A stretch of 64,000 nucleotides of DNA. Origin: Rotaria sp. Its lineage: Eukaryota. The stretch's first letter is position 1. Every line of letters starts with the position of its first letter. Under the pieces are notes generated by a model, which was not told the DNA's origin, did not search any database, and worked only from the letters and a program-made list of their open reading frames with translations. This document shows, in pieces, positions 1 through 13,577 of this stretch. Location: the NCBI GenBank assembly GCA_905250055.1, contig CAJNOF010000002.1, positions 5,986,240-6,050,239 of the forward strand. The letters run 5' to 3'. The translations under genes and the position numbers were made by a program.

Positions 1-2800
1 TGGAGAATTCAAAGATACATGTTTTTTTTTTTAGAAAGAAATTGCTTCTTCACATCTTAATATTATCGAAATATATGCAAAACACTGAGATGTTCATTCA
101 TTTATCATAATGGTTGAGCAGAAAGTTTTGAAACAACATGTTTCTTCATTTTTCGAGCAGCTGAGATGGTCAATAGAAGTTATAAAGTAATAGTTTAAAA
201 TCAGAATTTTTATTACATTCATATTTTAAGAATTATGAGTCGATCCATGAAAGATCTAAAAATAAAATTTGGACAGATTTCAAAATACAAATGTACGGGA
301 TAGAAGTAAAATTTATTTTAAATATATCAAAAGAAAAAGCAAATATTTTTTCATAAAATGATATCTTGATGATTAGTTTTCCGGAAGGCATCTATCAACA
401 GTACAAGTTTTGACAAGAAGCAACAGTGACATGCTTGTCATGCTTTGCAAAAGCATACATTATTTGCTGAGAAGAACGTCTATTCTTTAGGAACTGATTG
501 AAAACGTCATGCAACGGCATCTCTACGTTAGTAATACGAAATTCTTGAAAAAGCACCATGGTAATAATTTCAACACAAGAGATACGACCGTATCTTTTCT
601 CTATGGATCTTTTAGTTGTAACTTTCTTCGATCAAACGTTATTTTTAGACTTTTCACAGATATTTACTCATAACTTCAAAAATATAAATACTGACCAATT
701 AAATCGCTAGAAAATTCTGTCTTAAAAAAATTCAGTCCATTTGTTATAACTCATAGATTATGTTGACTTTTTTTTTCAATAAATATATAAATAAATTATC
801 TAATAATGTAGGAATTTTATAAAATTTCCTTTCTATTACTTATATATGTTTAATATAGCATTTCTCTTTAATGATTTGATTAAAAACCACGTAAATCAAA
901 TCATATATCACAAATGCATTGAATATATTAGAAAAGATTGAAATAAAACATAATTATACAAAAAGATATGTTTTTTTGTTGTTGTTTACATATACATATA
1001 TATATATTAATAAACAAATAACGAAGTATTAACAACAGTAATAGTATTCGTTGTAGTAATTTTGATTTTTTGTAACGAACCATCATGAGTGTATGGTACA
1101 AGATAAATCTCAGAAAACTAAAATAATGAAAATTTTACAATAAAATTAAGTCTTTCTTTTTTTATTTAAAACGAACCATATATTTACTCATACAAAGTAA
1201 AATTGCATTGATAAATGACCAGAGTGATAAGATTAAAAGTAAAAATGTAGCTGTAGCTAATGTCCATCGTTTGCAAGTCATTTAATCTGATTTTTCGAAC
1301 GAACTTTATCATAGAAACTAAATTAATACAACCAATCACATATGATTAACGATGCCTCTAGTATATATTGACTTTGATTGGTCAAAAAAAAATCTCCTAG
1401 TTTTTTTCTTTACTTCGTCAATAGGTGAAGTGTTTAGCCTTGTGCTCTCTAGAAAAATTATACTGCATTGAAATTTGAATAAAGTTTACGTGGGTCTTCA
1501 CTTATTATTTTTATTCATCCAACAAAACTTGTCGCTAAAATGTTTTGAAAATGCATAAGTCTAACGCATTTTATGTAGCGACTTCTATCACATCTGTCTT
1601 GCTTCAGTAATTTCATAAATATACTATTAAAACTACTTCTTTCTTTTAGTTTTTATTTCAATATAATTTATAGTCAAGACAGTCAAATCCTAATCTCTAT
1701 TAATGTCTTTTAATGTGACTCAATCGAAATATATTTCTTATTTTTAATAGTCGATAAAATTATTTTTCAATTGCTGAATTAAATTTAATTAGTTTCTTTA
1801 AAATATGCATGAAATTTTCTAGTAAAGACAAGGTCTTTATTACGTAGTCTTTAATATATTGATAGGTACGTATTCATTTGTTAGTATGATTTAAAAAAGA
1901 ATAATTGAATTGTTTCACACTTTCTTTTACAAAATAAAATTCTTATGCATACTCTCAAGGTTACATATATATATCTATAGAATCAAAAATGAAATTTGTA
2001 TGTCAAATAGAAAGTAATCCTTTGATAAATATACATATTTTTCGTATGAATCATTTATCCATGTTTTCTTTTCCGATGCTGTACAAACTTTCTCTTATTC
2101 TTTTCACTCATCGTAACTATTTTTAGTTATATACAATATAAATTGTCGTTTATTTGACACTTCTTGTTCTTGATATCATGATAAAATAGTTGTTTATTAT
2201 GATATTATTAATAATATATGATGATTCATCGAAGACAATTCATTTCTTTCGTTATTTCGATTCTTACTAATATGCATTTATGTCTGAAGCAAGTGTAGGC
2301 GGGAGTCGAGCGTTTGCCCGCCAAGTGTACATATATACACATAAATAGACTCATACGAGCGTAGAACACGACAACAATGTCGACGGCTTACTCATTGTAC
2401 ATATGCATCGACATAAATTTCTCAGTAAGAGAAAGAAAAAAAAAACCGCACAATAGTTACTCAAAAGTGTCGCCTGTCTGTCCTTTTTCGTTCTTTTTTT
2501 TTTATACTTCTATTCTTTTTCTTCTATCGTCGCTTAATATGCACACAAGGCAATAGTGGCCAAAAAAAGTAGAGGAAAAGAATCTATGTATATGTATGTG
2601 TAACATACACACACAACGTTGCGGTGACGGTAAGAGTTTGCATTTGCATCAAATAAAAAAAAGAGAAGAAAAACCCTGAAAAATACTTCAAACACTTGTT
2701 TATTCGCTTATCAATATACTTTGAGCTACATTAACAATATTTTATCTGTGATATCTTTTGCTTATATAATATATATTCTTCATATTATTCTATTTTCTAG

Positions 2801-5800
2801 ATGGCAAAAATGCGTCATCTTCTATCAATTCTATCTATAATATTATTTATTAAAATAATTCATAGTGAAGTTACATTTGACTCTATATGTTCACCTGATG
2901 TAGAAGTTTCTGGAATGTCATCAACAGATGGTAATGATGAATATTCAATAGATGTATCAGAATCAAGATTTTCATCTGACGATGAAATTTCAGGTAAGTA
3001 ATGATTGGTCATATATATCGATTGATTTTGTTTTTTCTTTTTTTATTATCCTAGTGTATTTAAGACAAGTCCGTCCAAATTATGGAATTAATGAATTTGT
3101 TGTAGCTGCATTTGATCATGATGGAAATGTTGTTGGTCGATTTGATGATCCACAAATAGGAAATTTAGATGTAAAACATCATACATGTTCAAATGGTGCT
3201 ACTGTAAGAGTTTTGTTTAAAACGCAAAGATTTGTTATATATATACATATATATATATTTGGTTTATTTAGGCTGTTTATGCAGATCAAGTCGATAGTCG
3301 TGGTTATCGTGAAATTCCTTTAAAATGGATAGCTTCTGGTGTGCATCAAAATCTTGATGAAATTACTTTTAGGTAAATGAATTAGATTTTCCTATATAGT
3401 ATAATTTTTTTTTCTATTTTTCATTTTAGAGCAGCTGTTGTTTCAAATCGACAATTATATCGAGTAAAAGCAGCTCCTCTAAAACGAGTAAATATTGTTC
3501 TGTATTTTATTTTTTTGATAATAAATTTTATTAATTGCTCTTTGTTTTTTTTTCTCTTTGTTGTACAAAGCGTTTACCACCTGGAGCAAATCCTTATTCA
3601 CACGATCAATCAATTAATATTGATCATTGTGGTGAAACTCAAGGTTGTTTAATTGTTCCACAACAATGTCATAATTCTGCTAAATGTGAATATGTACTTT
3701 CATGGCAAGGTCTTGATGAAAATAAAGCTAAATTTCATATTGTTGCAAGAGTACAAGGTTTTGCTGGTGTTGGATTTTCAAAAGATGAAAGACGGGTAAG
3801 AATAAAAGTTAACTTTGACGTTTGAACATGTTCAACTACCGATACTGTGAGATGATTTTAACAAATTCATATGAATCTAAGGAACAAAAATATGAGAAAT
3901 CTGAAATTCGCCAAAATTTTAGTTTTTAATCTATTTGCATACTGTGTATGAATTAATGTTTTAGTTTTTTCTATACCGATTATGTTTAGAAATGCGTGAG
4001 GTCAGTACCATGGCAACAAAGAAGTTGTCGAGATTATGAGAAAATAGTTGTTCCTACCATAACTGAAAATTATAGTTAAAGATTCTATGATTTTTAAGTG
4101 AATTATCGTAGGAATCATAGCAATCATAATATGATTCAATAGTGATGATCTAAAAAATTACTAATGATCGTCGAATAAATAAATAAATAAGTATTGAAGG
4201 ACTTTTCGATGTAAACACTAGAATAGTTTTTTCTCAACTGAGAACAAATTAGACTTACTGAGGCCATAACTAGTACCACTAGAATAGAAGTTATCAACAT
4301 AAATGGAACACAGTTTGAAATTCAAATCGACACTAGACTTACGATTTATCTTACTATTTTATCTATCTATCGATAGTAATATTTGACATAGTCAAATTTC
4401 AACAAAGTTTTATTACAAATCCTTCATGAAATATGAAGAGCAAAAAGCTTAATGAGGCATACCGATAACCATTATGGATTCCATCTCTAGTTGCTGCGAC
4501 CAGAAAATTTTGGTTCCGTACATCGTTAATCATGTCACTCAGAGCTATTGTATAGAAAATAAACACATAAAAACTATGATAAAATCAGCGGTAAAAAAAT
4601 AGTTTTTATATATTGACAAACTTCAACAACTATGACATTCTTCAACTCTTTAGAAATTTCTTGTCGTTTAATGCCGCAATATTCTCTATCAATTATCGAT
4701 AATCTACAACTATTAAGAGAACAAATAAAGTTTAATTTTTTTTCTCTCATTAGAGTTCCAAAGTAAAATAATGAATTCAATCTTTTATGTGTTTTGAGTA
4801 GTTGCTCGTGGAATGATGATTCTAAGTTTATAATTTTCAAAGAAGCTTTTTTTTCCGTTCATTCAAGGGTGATGATCAAGTTATTTTATGTGCAAAAGAT
4901 ACTCAAGGTCATGTCAATGTTTATAATATGTTTGTTAGTGTTCAAAATCCACAATATGTTTTTCGCGGACGCCCATCGTATGGTTTACGAGATGCGGAGG
5001 GCTATTCTAATGGATCACATATTATTTGTAAATTCGAAAAAGATTTATCACCACATACAGATGATTTAGTTGAAAACGACGGACGCAATCAGGGTAGAAT
5101 TGATCAAGATAAATTAGTTGATTTACGACAGCCACATTATATGTATCCAATTTTTTCGGAGGCAGATTTATCGACACCACAAGGTATGTAAAATATAGTA
5201 GAAAAATATGATAAGATGATGCTTTTGTTTTAGGAATGCGTATCCCTTTTCAAGATATTTCAATTGTTGATAATCATCCAGTTAATTTTCAACGTCGTCT
5301 TTTGCAAAAATCACATCCAGCAGCGGGTTCTGTTCTAGCTAAAATTCATGGTAGAATAAATTAGAATGATTCAAGTATTTTATTTTGTTTGATTTTGTTT
5401 TTATCTAGCTATTTTGAATATAATTGCTTGGGTTCTTCTTGCATCAGCTGGTGTTATGGTTGCTCGTTATTTTGATTCAATTTGGCCTGAATATGAACGA
5501 CGAGTTATAGATAATACAGGTGCTGTAACAGTAGAACAAGTTCCAATACGTCGACCATTTTCGTACTTTACAGTAATTAACTATAATAGTTTTCTTTTTA
5601 GTTACAAATGATTGTATCTATTTGTTTTATTATTAATAGATTGTTCCTCCTATTATGGGTATTGTAGCTATATTAACATGGATTGCATTTTTTTGTATTC
5701 TTTTTGAACTCAACTGGCAATGGACACATGGAACACATCATATGTGGCATTCAATTCTCGGTGTTATTGTACTTGTTTGTGCTTTTCTGGCCGTATGTAA

Positions 5801-6683
5801 AAAATTATTTCTATTAAATTATATGATACAAATGTTTGTAAAGTTGAAAAAAAATATATCAATACGTTAGACTACTCAGTTTTAAAAAATTTTATTTCAA
5901 ACTAGTGTTTACTATTGATTGTTTTGCAAACTCGAAAGAAAAGTCTTTTTCTATTCAGTGTATAAAATTATATTTAGAAATATAGTTTAATTTAAAAATA
6001 ATGTCGACACAGATATTCTTGTAGTCATTTCTAATATGTATTTAACTGAATGAAAAATGAAAACATCAAAAGAAAAAAAGAAAGAATTATAATTCTATTA
6101 AGATATTATTCATGTTTAAATTTTTTTAGCCAATTATTGGTGTTTTACGACCAGCATTTCGTACAAAAGCTTATTGTGTTTGGTATTGGATTCATTGGTT
6201 AATTGTTTCATTAGCTCATTGTCTGGCTATTCCGGTTATATTTTTGGGCATGGATAATCGTCGTTTAGATTTATGGACATGGTGTTCATGGTTATTATTT
6301 GGTTGGTGTATATTTCATTTTATTGTTCAACTTATTTTTGAAATTCATGCTTGTTGTTATGTCAGACGAGAATATGAACGTAAGGGAAAATTTTTAAATT
6401 AAAAAAAATAAAACAAAAGATATATTGATTTACTTTGAATTTATGTTAGATGTTGAACAAGGAGATCCTTATCTGGAAAAGAAAGCAGGTCAACATTTGA
6501 GACGTGAACATGTACCGGTAAGTCGAAGATTTCTTATTATTACAAAAAAATTCTTATTTTTCATTTTTTTTTTATTAAAAGGGTGAAACATGGAAACCAG
6601 CATTGTTAGGTATTTATTTATTTGTCACATTAATTGTGGTTATTATTCTTATCCTTGCTATTATCTTTTATCAAGGTTATTAG
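2801..6683 (+). CDS. Ferric-chelate reductase 1 / SDR2-like protein with signal peptide, reeler, DOMON and cytochrome b561 domains; 12-exon model
   Basis: Exons (approx.): 2801-2993, 3055-3203, 3272-3372, 3430-3487, 3571-3795, 4868-5183, 5234-5350, 5409-5572, 5640-5792, 6130-6379, 6450-6517, 6582-6683 (TAG). All junctions are GT-AG and the phases are consistent. Exon 1 encodes an N-terminal hydrophobic signal (MAKMRHLLSILSIILFIKIIHS). The DOMON-like block is CGETQGCLIVPQQCHNSAKCEYVLSWQGLDENKAKFHIVARVQGFAGVGFSKDERR. The C-terminal multi-TM region has His-rich cytochrome b561 motifs (WTHGTHHMWHSILG, AHCLAIPVIFLG). Confidence 0.8.
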
Positions 6684-9600
6684 ACCTTGCATTTTTTTTC
6701 CTTTAAATATAATAACTTTAATCTGACTAATCGAACATTTGTTTGTATACTGCGTGAGCAATAAGAGGAATATACTCATATTGTGTTTTTTTTTTCATCA
6801 GGATTAGATTAGACAAGAAGTGTGTCTTTTATTGTAGAACATTTTTTTCTTGTTTTTTTTTTAAACAGTATTCTTATAATAATATTCTGGTTTTGCTTCT
6901 CCGTTTTCTTACATGTGTGACAGTGAATATTTGAAAAAATAAATTTTCCTTTTGTTCTATAGTGAAGAAAAAAGATTTAAAGTGTTTATATACGTATAAA
7001 TGAAATTAAATGAAAGATTACGATGAGACAAGAAGAAAAGATTTGATGTCATTAGACAAGTTGTTCGAAAATATATTGGCAAAATCCAAGAAAAATGGGA
7101 CGTGACCATATTGTCTCTTTTAGATCACATCTAATTAAATTTAATTAGTTAATTAATAAAAAGGTAATTAGAAAATAACTTTCTAAATTTATGATGAATA
7201 AGTCCAAGAATTTCGAACTCGATTCCATATCCAAAACTATATCTATGGTGAAAATTTCAGCAAGATCAGAAACCAAAAACTTGTTTCTACCAAAACCGAT
7301 TTTTCAAAGGAATGCTCATATTCTAGAATGAGACTCTTTATTTAACTATCATCTCAAGATCTGCAATAAAGGTTTGTATCATATAAAACTGATTTTTAAA
7401 TATTTCATTCAGTAATATGGGAATTTTTCGTTTCTATATTCGTACTCATTGACATCACTAACAACAAATGCACACAATGTTGTGTGAAATGTAAGCATAT
7501 TCAGAAAAAACTTGGGTAGTGATTTTGTAGTCTAAATAATTTTCGACAAAACTGGCAACTTAGTTTTCCAGAATACTACCTAAAATTGCAATATTTGTAA
7601 ATGAAAATGCGTGTAGTGAAAGCTTTTGTTTTTATTTTGGGTCACATGGCTAAGATTAGTTTTTCAATAATAATTCGGCGTCAAATAATAGGTCTATAGA
7701 ACTGAGTTTTTTCAGGGTATATGGAGTAACTCAACATACATTTGTTATAGAGAAATTTCAGAATCTAGAGAAAATTACGTATAAAAAATTGCTCTAATAT
7801 TTCACAACGAATATCTATCATTAATAGAATTTATGATACTTTTAAATGGATTTATATAAATTTCATTGAAGCTATGAATGAACAAAAAAAAAATATTGTT
7901 AAAATATTTCAATTAGTTATAATTAAGATGGATGAAAAATTTTTGTTTTTATTATAAAATTGGATAATTGTGCTTCATATTGAACTAAAAATTATTTGTA
8001 GCGAATTATATTCTTGTTTTGAAGACCACGCCTCACCTAAAGGTACAGTCATAAAGATAGTCAAACGGGTTTCGTCAAAGTCGAGAATAGATCGAAGATG
8101 ACACATCACGACCTAAATGATGTGTATAATTGAGATGAAATCCAAAAATATCGTCAAACAACTTAGCATATATGAAGAAGAGTTTTGGTAAAAATGAGCA
8201 AGAACTACAGCGATTATATAACGGAGTAATTGTTGTTAAGCCACGTAGTTTTATCATCAACAAAGTGATTAAAAGTGATCCATAGCATAAATTGATAAAG
8301 TTTTAAAATTTTGAACAATATTTTGATAATTTCATTATCATTTTTGATTGATTATTCCATCCATTCATAAGTCTCATAATTACATGTTAATTATAAGGCT
8401 CGTTGACTTGAAAAAAAAACTTGTGTTCATTAAATTATTTATGAATTTTCAATTGTTGTAATCTTTTACATTGAATATTGAAGCAAATTCACTTTTGTAC
8501 AGATAAGAATTCTGTATGTATTATATTTAGATATGTTTGAAATGTGATAAAACATAAAGAAAATATTGTTTTAACTTCTTTATCGGTTTCTTTTGATAAC
8601 GATTGATAAATCAAACAGGATCTCACTGAAATCGGTTGTAAAATGTTGACATAATATAATAAATATTAATATACGCATATGCTTAGGTCGTACCAAAAGC
8701 AGTCGCGAACGTACTTTACTTCATATTTTAAAGCTGAAAGAAACTTTCTCTCTATATCGAGTAATAGTGAATACGGCACCCTATTTTTTCTTGTGCGATA
8801 ACAGCATTCGTCAAATAGCATCATAATAAAAAAATTATGATGAGAGGTATTTGTTATGATATGTGACGACAATATCAGATCATATTTGCCTTCGACATAT
8901 ATTCTTTTGGTAATCTTTTCTTTCTTCCCGTTCTCTCTGTGATACCTACCCGTTTCTAATGAGAGATTATATATTCATAAAGATCTATCGCATTAGTTTG
9001 AATCGAAAGGTATGACAAAAAAGCTACGTTCAACTAATTCTTCGGATCTAATACCATGTGATTTTTGATTATTCGATTTAATCAAACAAAATCTAAGTAA
9101 TAAAAACGATTGAGAACCATTGCAACGTTCTGTAACAAACTTCATGAATTCTTTATATAAAGAAGAGTATTAAAAAAAATTCGATAAATAGGTTGAACGA
9201 GTACCATTATGTGTGGATAGTCAGTGTGATTTCTTCAAACACTCAACGGTAGAAAAACTTGATGAATAAGTTTCTGTATACCTTTTCATGTACGCTAATG
9301 TACATATATGAAGATAGGTAGACATCAAAGAAGACGAGAAAAGAAACTGCTAGCGCAAATCTCTGTGGGATTAAAATGTAAAAAATGATTGGAGCTCATC
9401 GAGTATGGGTGCGGATCTAGGAATTCTTAGATCCTATGGGAGAGTCCAGGTAGGATTCAGTAAGTTCTATTTGTGACAGTTTATCGATCCCACCTGTTAT
9501 TGCCTATAGAGAAAGAAGTGTAAATTTTTACTCTATATACTGCTATTAGATCATGTCTCACAAAGAGAGAGGCGAAGATCAGGAAGACGATACACCATGA

Positions 9601-10989
9601 AGACCAATAGAATTTGATGTTGTTGTCACATATCATAACAAATAGCTCTGAACGCATTTATATTATTATGACATTAATTGAATAATGATGCAAGATCACA
9701 GAAAAATAAAGCGTCGTTTTTACTATTCATTCATATAAACAGAGAGTTTCTGGAAGCTTTTTAAGCTGAATTACATTACTTTCACCACTACTTTTAATGC
9801 AACGTAAGTATATTCTTAGGCTTGATCTCATTAAGCATACAAAGAAGCTTTTTTTAAACTTTACTATTGGATATAAATATTTGTTTTGGAAGTGTAATAC
9901 AACTAAATGGTAATTAATCAGTATTATTCATATTCAAACTGATACAATTTTATAACCACACTATTAATGATGATAAGAAGATTAGAGTGGCAGGACTTAC
10001 TAAGTCAAAATTTATTTCATCTATATGTCAGTCACGTGCTTTGAGTTTTTGTTAGTTCCTATTTTAAGTAAAAGTTTTCTAATTCAATGATAATAATATT
10101 GGATTGTTGATATGATTCTTTTTCTAGATAAGATGTCTCTAATTGAATATTTCAAAAGATAACATAGGGTGTACATTTTTGAAGAGAAAAAATATCTTTA
10201 ATTTTTACATAAACTTAATGTAATAAAATAATTTGTCCTTACATCAACATAATAAGATAGTTTTAAATTTGCAGAACTGTATAAGTCGAGTACTTACTTG
10301 TTGAAGAATATAGGTGGTTTTGAAAAAAATTTGAAAGAAAATACAAAGTAAATAAGCAGTTCCTTATTCTCTGTATATAGATTCTTTACTATTTCAGGTA
10401 TTCGTTTTTGTATTCTTTCGAGAAGAAATAATATGAAAAAGAAGCACACCATCACTTTTACCTTTTAATCTTATTTATTTTTGTACCGTAGATTTATGTG
10501 TTTTGAAAATTGAGAGGTAAAATCGCACAGACGTCAGCTATCAAGTATAGTTAATACTGATTTATATGGTCTTCATTTATCACCTTATGCTCTCTAGTTT
10601 TCTCTGTATTCTCTATATTTTATTCCTCTGCCGACTTATTTTCTTTCTCTGCTACCATATACATGGGCGTTTTTCTCACCAACATAACTATTCTTATACT
10701 TAACTAAATTTTCTCTTTTAATAAATGCTCGTGATGTTAGCGTCAACAGATGACACTCTATGACGCTCACTGTCTATATATTTTTGTCATGAGTTTTTAT
10801 CTTCCTATTTTGACACCGTTCTTTGATTTCTCTCCCATTGGTTTCAGCCTCCTAAGTAGTTGTTGTTTTTCTTCTTCTAGGAGTGATCAATTTACATTTG
10901 CGGAAATTTATTAAATCAAAAAAGTACATTGTGAACAATTTAAATTTAACATAAATAAAATTTTTTTTATTATGAAAATTTAAATTGAT

Positions 10990-11246
10990 TTAAATCGGAT
11001 TCAAATTCAATAAAAAAATATTTGAATCCAATTTTCATCCATTTAAATGAGTCTAAGCCCGATTCTCATGCATTTAAATCCAATTCAAATACATTTCAGT
11101 CTATTTAAACGCATTAGAAGCATATTTAAAACGATTTAAATCCATTTAAATTGGACTTAAATACCTTAGAATCGGATTTAAACTCATTTAAATGGATGTA
11201 AATTGGATTGAAACCTATTTTTATTGGATTTGAATCCGATTTAAAT
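10990..11246. repeat. AT-rich imperfect palindrome P1: roughly 80-bp arms at about 85% identity around a roughly 100-bp centre, built from TTAAATCGGATTCAAAT-type motifs
   Basis: The left arm 10990-11069 is the reverse complement of the right arm 11170-11246 by direct comparison. Surrounding low-complexity AT-rich sequence runs from about 10935 to 11300. Confidence 0.7.
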
Positions 11247-11672
11247 AAGTTTAAATTAATATATTTTAAATTTAAATTGTTGGAAATTTAAATTAAAAAT
11301 AAATAACAAAACAATGCCATTCCTATCTTCTTCCCTCTCACATCAACATCACTGTTATTTTCTCTCTGTCGTTATTATTATTGCTTTTTTATTCTTCTTG
11401 TTACCTTCATCATTATTGTTATTATTCACGTCCTGTTATATGTGTTTTTGCTTAGTTAACACATCCGAGGTAATTCGAGTCTCTTAGAAAATATCTTTAA
11501 CAGATGCATGTTCCTGTACATTCATCTTCCGATAAATGCAACCGTTAGCCTTTTAAACGAGGTTTCCTGAGGATATTCGAGCATCCTCGAAAGGGAGTTT
11601 GAACATGGTCAAAAAAAAGAATTTTTTTTTATCTCATTCGATTCCTTGAAAAGTAAGGGTATGATATTTTTT

Positions 11673-12083
11673 CAAGGGGGTAAATGCAGACGCCTAGCAC
11701 CCAGCACCTGCTCAGCACCTACAGCACCTACCAGCACCTACCAGTACCTACCGGCACCTACCAGCACCAACCAGCACCTACAGCACCTACAGCACCTATT
11801 AGCACCTGCCAGCACCTACCAGCACCTACCAGTACCTACAGCACCTATTAGCACCTGCCAGCACCTACAGCACCTGTTCGGCACCTATACCGCATTTCAC
11901 TATGAGCACCTACGGCACCTTCAGCACCTGCAACCATTGTTTCATTATCTTAAGTACTTAAGACAATAGAATAGTTGTTGAAGATGCTGAAAATGCCGTA
12001 GGTACCGTAGGTGCTCATAGTGGAATGCGGTATACGTGCTGTAGGTGCTGAGCAGGTGCTGGGTGCCTGCACTTTCCCCCTTG
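11673..12083. repeat. Nested hairpin element with 8-bp terminal inverted repeats (CAAGGGGG / CCCCCTTG), palindrome centre at CTTAAGTACTTAAG (11949-11962), asymmetric arms
   Basis: The right arm 11956-12083 is the reverse complement of the distal part of the left arm. The left arm is extended by a tandem array. The ORFs at 11646-11969, 11950-12159 and 12011-12199 are translations of this repeat, not genes. Confidence 0.7.
11696..11930. repeat. Tandem microsatellite-like array of AGCACCT / ACCTACCAGC units (about 25-30 units)
   Basis: Visible periodicity CAGCACCTAC/CAGCACCTGC repeated through this span. It is present only in the left arm of the hairpin. Confidence 0.8.
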
Positions 12084-12430
12084 TATTTTTTTTAATTTTC
12101 AGAATCTTATGTAACAGAGCTATAGGCTTGACAACAAAAGGAAGTCTGAAAAGTCGCAAAAAACACGTTTTTCGACACCTTTCAGTATTTCGCCTTTAAC
12201 TCCATCATTTTTCATCCGCTTCTTTCGTACAACGTCTGATTCGAAGGAGCGTATCAAACCGAACAAAAACATTTTGTATGAGGCTTTCAAAAAGTGGAGT
12301 CTTCAGAGAGAATAAAATTAGTTTTTCTCAAAAAGCTCCAGTTTTGTTTGGAACCAGCGTGTTTTCATTGCAAACTGTTTTTCGAGGCTATACAACTCGA
12401 ACCCATGTAAAAAAATAACCGGAAAAATCA

Positions 12431-12579
12431 GATTTTAATCGATTTTTTCCTGATTAATAATCGATTATAATGGCACGATTTTAATCAGATTTTTATCTGA
12501 TTTTTATGATTAAAATTGAATTAAAATCGTGCCATTATAATCGATTATTAATCAGAAAAAAATCGATTAAAATCGATTG
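12431..12579. repeat. Near-perfect palindrome P2 made of AATCGATT-containing units
   Basis: The reverse complement of 12431-12482 equals 12528-12579 apart from one mismatch. The central loop is about 12483-12527. Confidence 0.8.
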
Positions 12580-12944
12580 TATGTAAAAGTTTATAAAAAT
12601 GAATTAAACTCGAGTTGCTCTCAGTTTCTTACCTGGCTGCCTTTCAGTCAATTTTCATCTATTATTGCTTCCTAATGCATTTTAATCTATCTTTCTCTGT
12701 TTTCCAATTTTAATCCACCGTTACTTGTTCTCCGATTTTAATCTTGCTTACCTGTTTTCCCATTTTAATACATTTTTACCTGTTTTCTGATTTTAATATT
12801 TACTTACTGGATAATCGATTTTAATCATTTGCTTCGAAAACAGGTGGTTTTACCAATATTCGAACGCGAAACCCTAGTTTTCCCATGAGTTTTCTGTATT
12901 CTCCGTGGCGAGAAACCCTTAGGCTGTTGCCAAGCTAGTGCCTG

Positions 12945-12966
12945 ACATGTATACTAAAATTGGAAC
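12945..12966 (+). other. 22-nt segment nearly identical to the conserved 5' region of U6 snRNA (ACATGTATACTAAAATTGGAAC vs U6 ACATATACTAAAATTGGAAC); fragment only
   Basis: There is an exact 17-mer TATACTAAAATTGGAAC. The U6 ACAGAGA box and the 3' stem are not found downstream, so this is not a functional U6 gene. Confidence 0.35.
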
Positions 12967-13577
12967 TCCTATATAAATTGAATCACTTGAGATTACGCAA
13001 TTACATAAGTAATCGATTAAAATCCGGAGTAGTCGATTAAAATCAATTAAATCCCATACTAATCGATTAAAACTCACATAAACCCATTAAAATCTGTTAA
13101 ATCGAGAGATTAATCGATTAAAATTGATTGCAGTATTAATCGACAACTTGTGTCCTTGTAAAAACAATTAGCGTAATCGCTATGGAAATAAAATGTGAAA
13201 CATACAAACCAATTCTCATTGACTTCATGCAAACTGACATTTTCATGCATATTACGACATATTTCCTTGTCATTCCTCTTCTTACACCAAAGAATTTCAA
13301 AAAGGCAACACTCAATAAATACTACAGTAAAATATTACTTATAGATGCTTTCTGAGAGTGTTTTTGAAGACGGATCTCACGATCTGCGTTGAATCTTAAC
13401 CCTATCTCACATGGTTCGTGATGGATACAAACCCTATTTTCCATATCTCGGGTGTGGAGGGGTGAGAGTCACGCTCGAAATTTCCACCCCATATATACTA
13501 ACGATCCTTTCATATTCTGTTTCATAATAAACAATTATTTCGGATTTTCGAAAAGAAACTCGATCCTTCTGATGTTT

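Larger units (their letters stand above)
11597..12407 (+). mobile_element. Dispersed repeat R1, copy A (non-coding; carries a nested hairpin insertion at 11673-12083)
   Basis: It starts GTTTGAACATGG and ends TTTTCGAGGCTATACAACTCGAACCCATG. It aligns at about 80% with the reverse complement of 14678-15021 and more weakly with 22622-23122. Relative to copy B it contains an extra 411-bp palindromic insert bounded by CAAGGGGG and CCCCCTTG. Confidence 0.65.

Noticed and set aside
8666-8872. 68-aa and 62-aa ORFs in the 7-10.9 kb intergenic stretch
   Set aside because: Short, AT-biased, no splice partners and no conserved motifs. They are treated as noise.
11646-12199. ORFs 11646-11969 (+), 11950-12159 (-) and 12011-12199 (+), with Pro/Ala/Thr/Ser/His-rich repetitive peptides
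   Set aside because: They are conceptual translations of the AGCACCT heptamer array and its inverted copy. The inverted-repeat symmetry and the lack of splice or start context argue against coding.
12380-12410. AACTCGAACCCATG resembling the reverse complement of a tRNA T-arm (GGGTTCGAGTT)
   Set aside because: The complementary T-stem does not pair and the rest of a cloverleaf is missing. It is retained only as a note on a possible SINE origin of R1.
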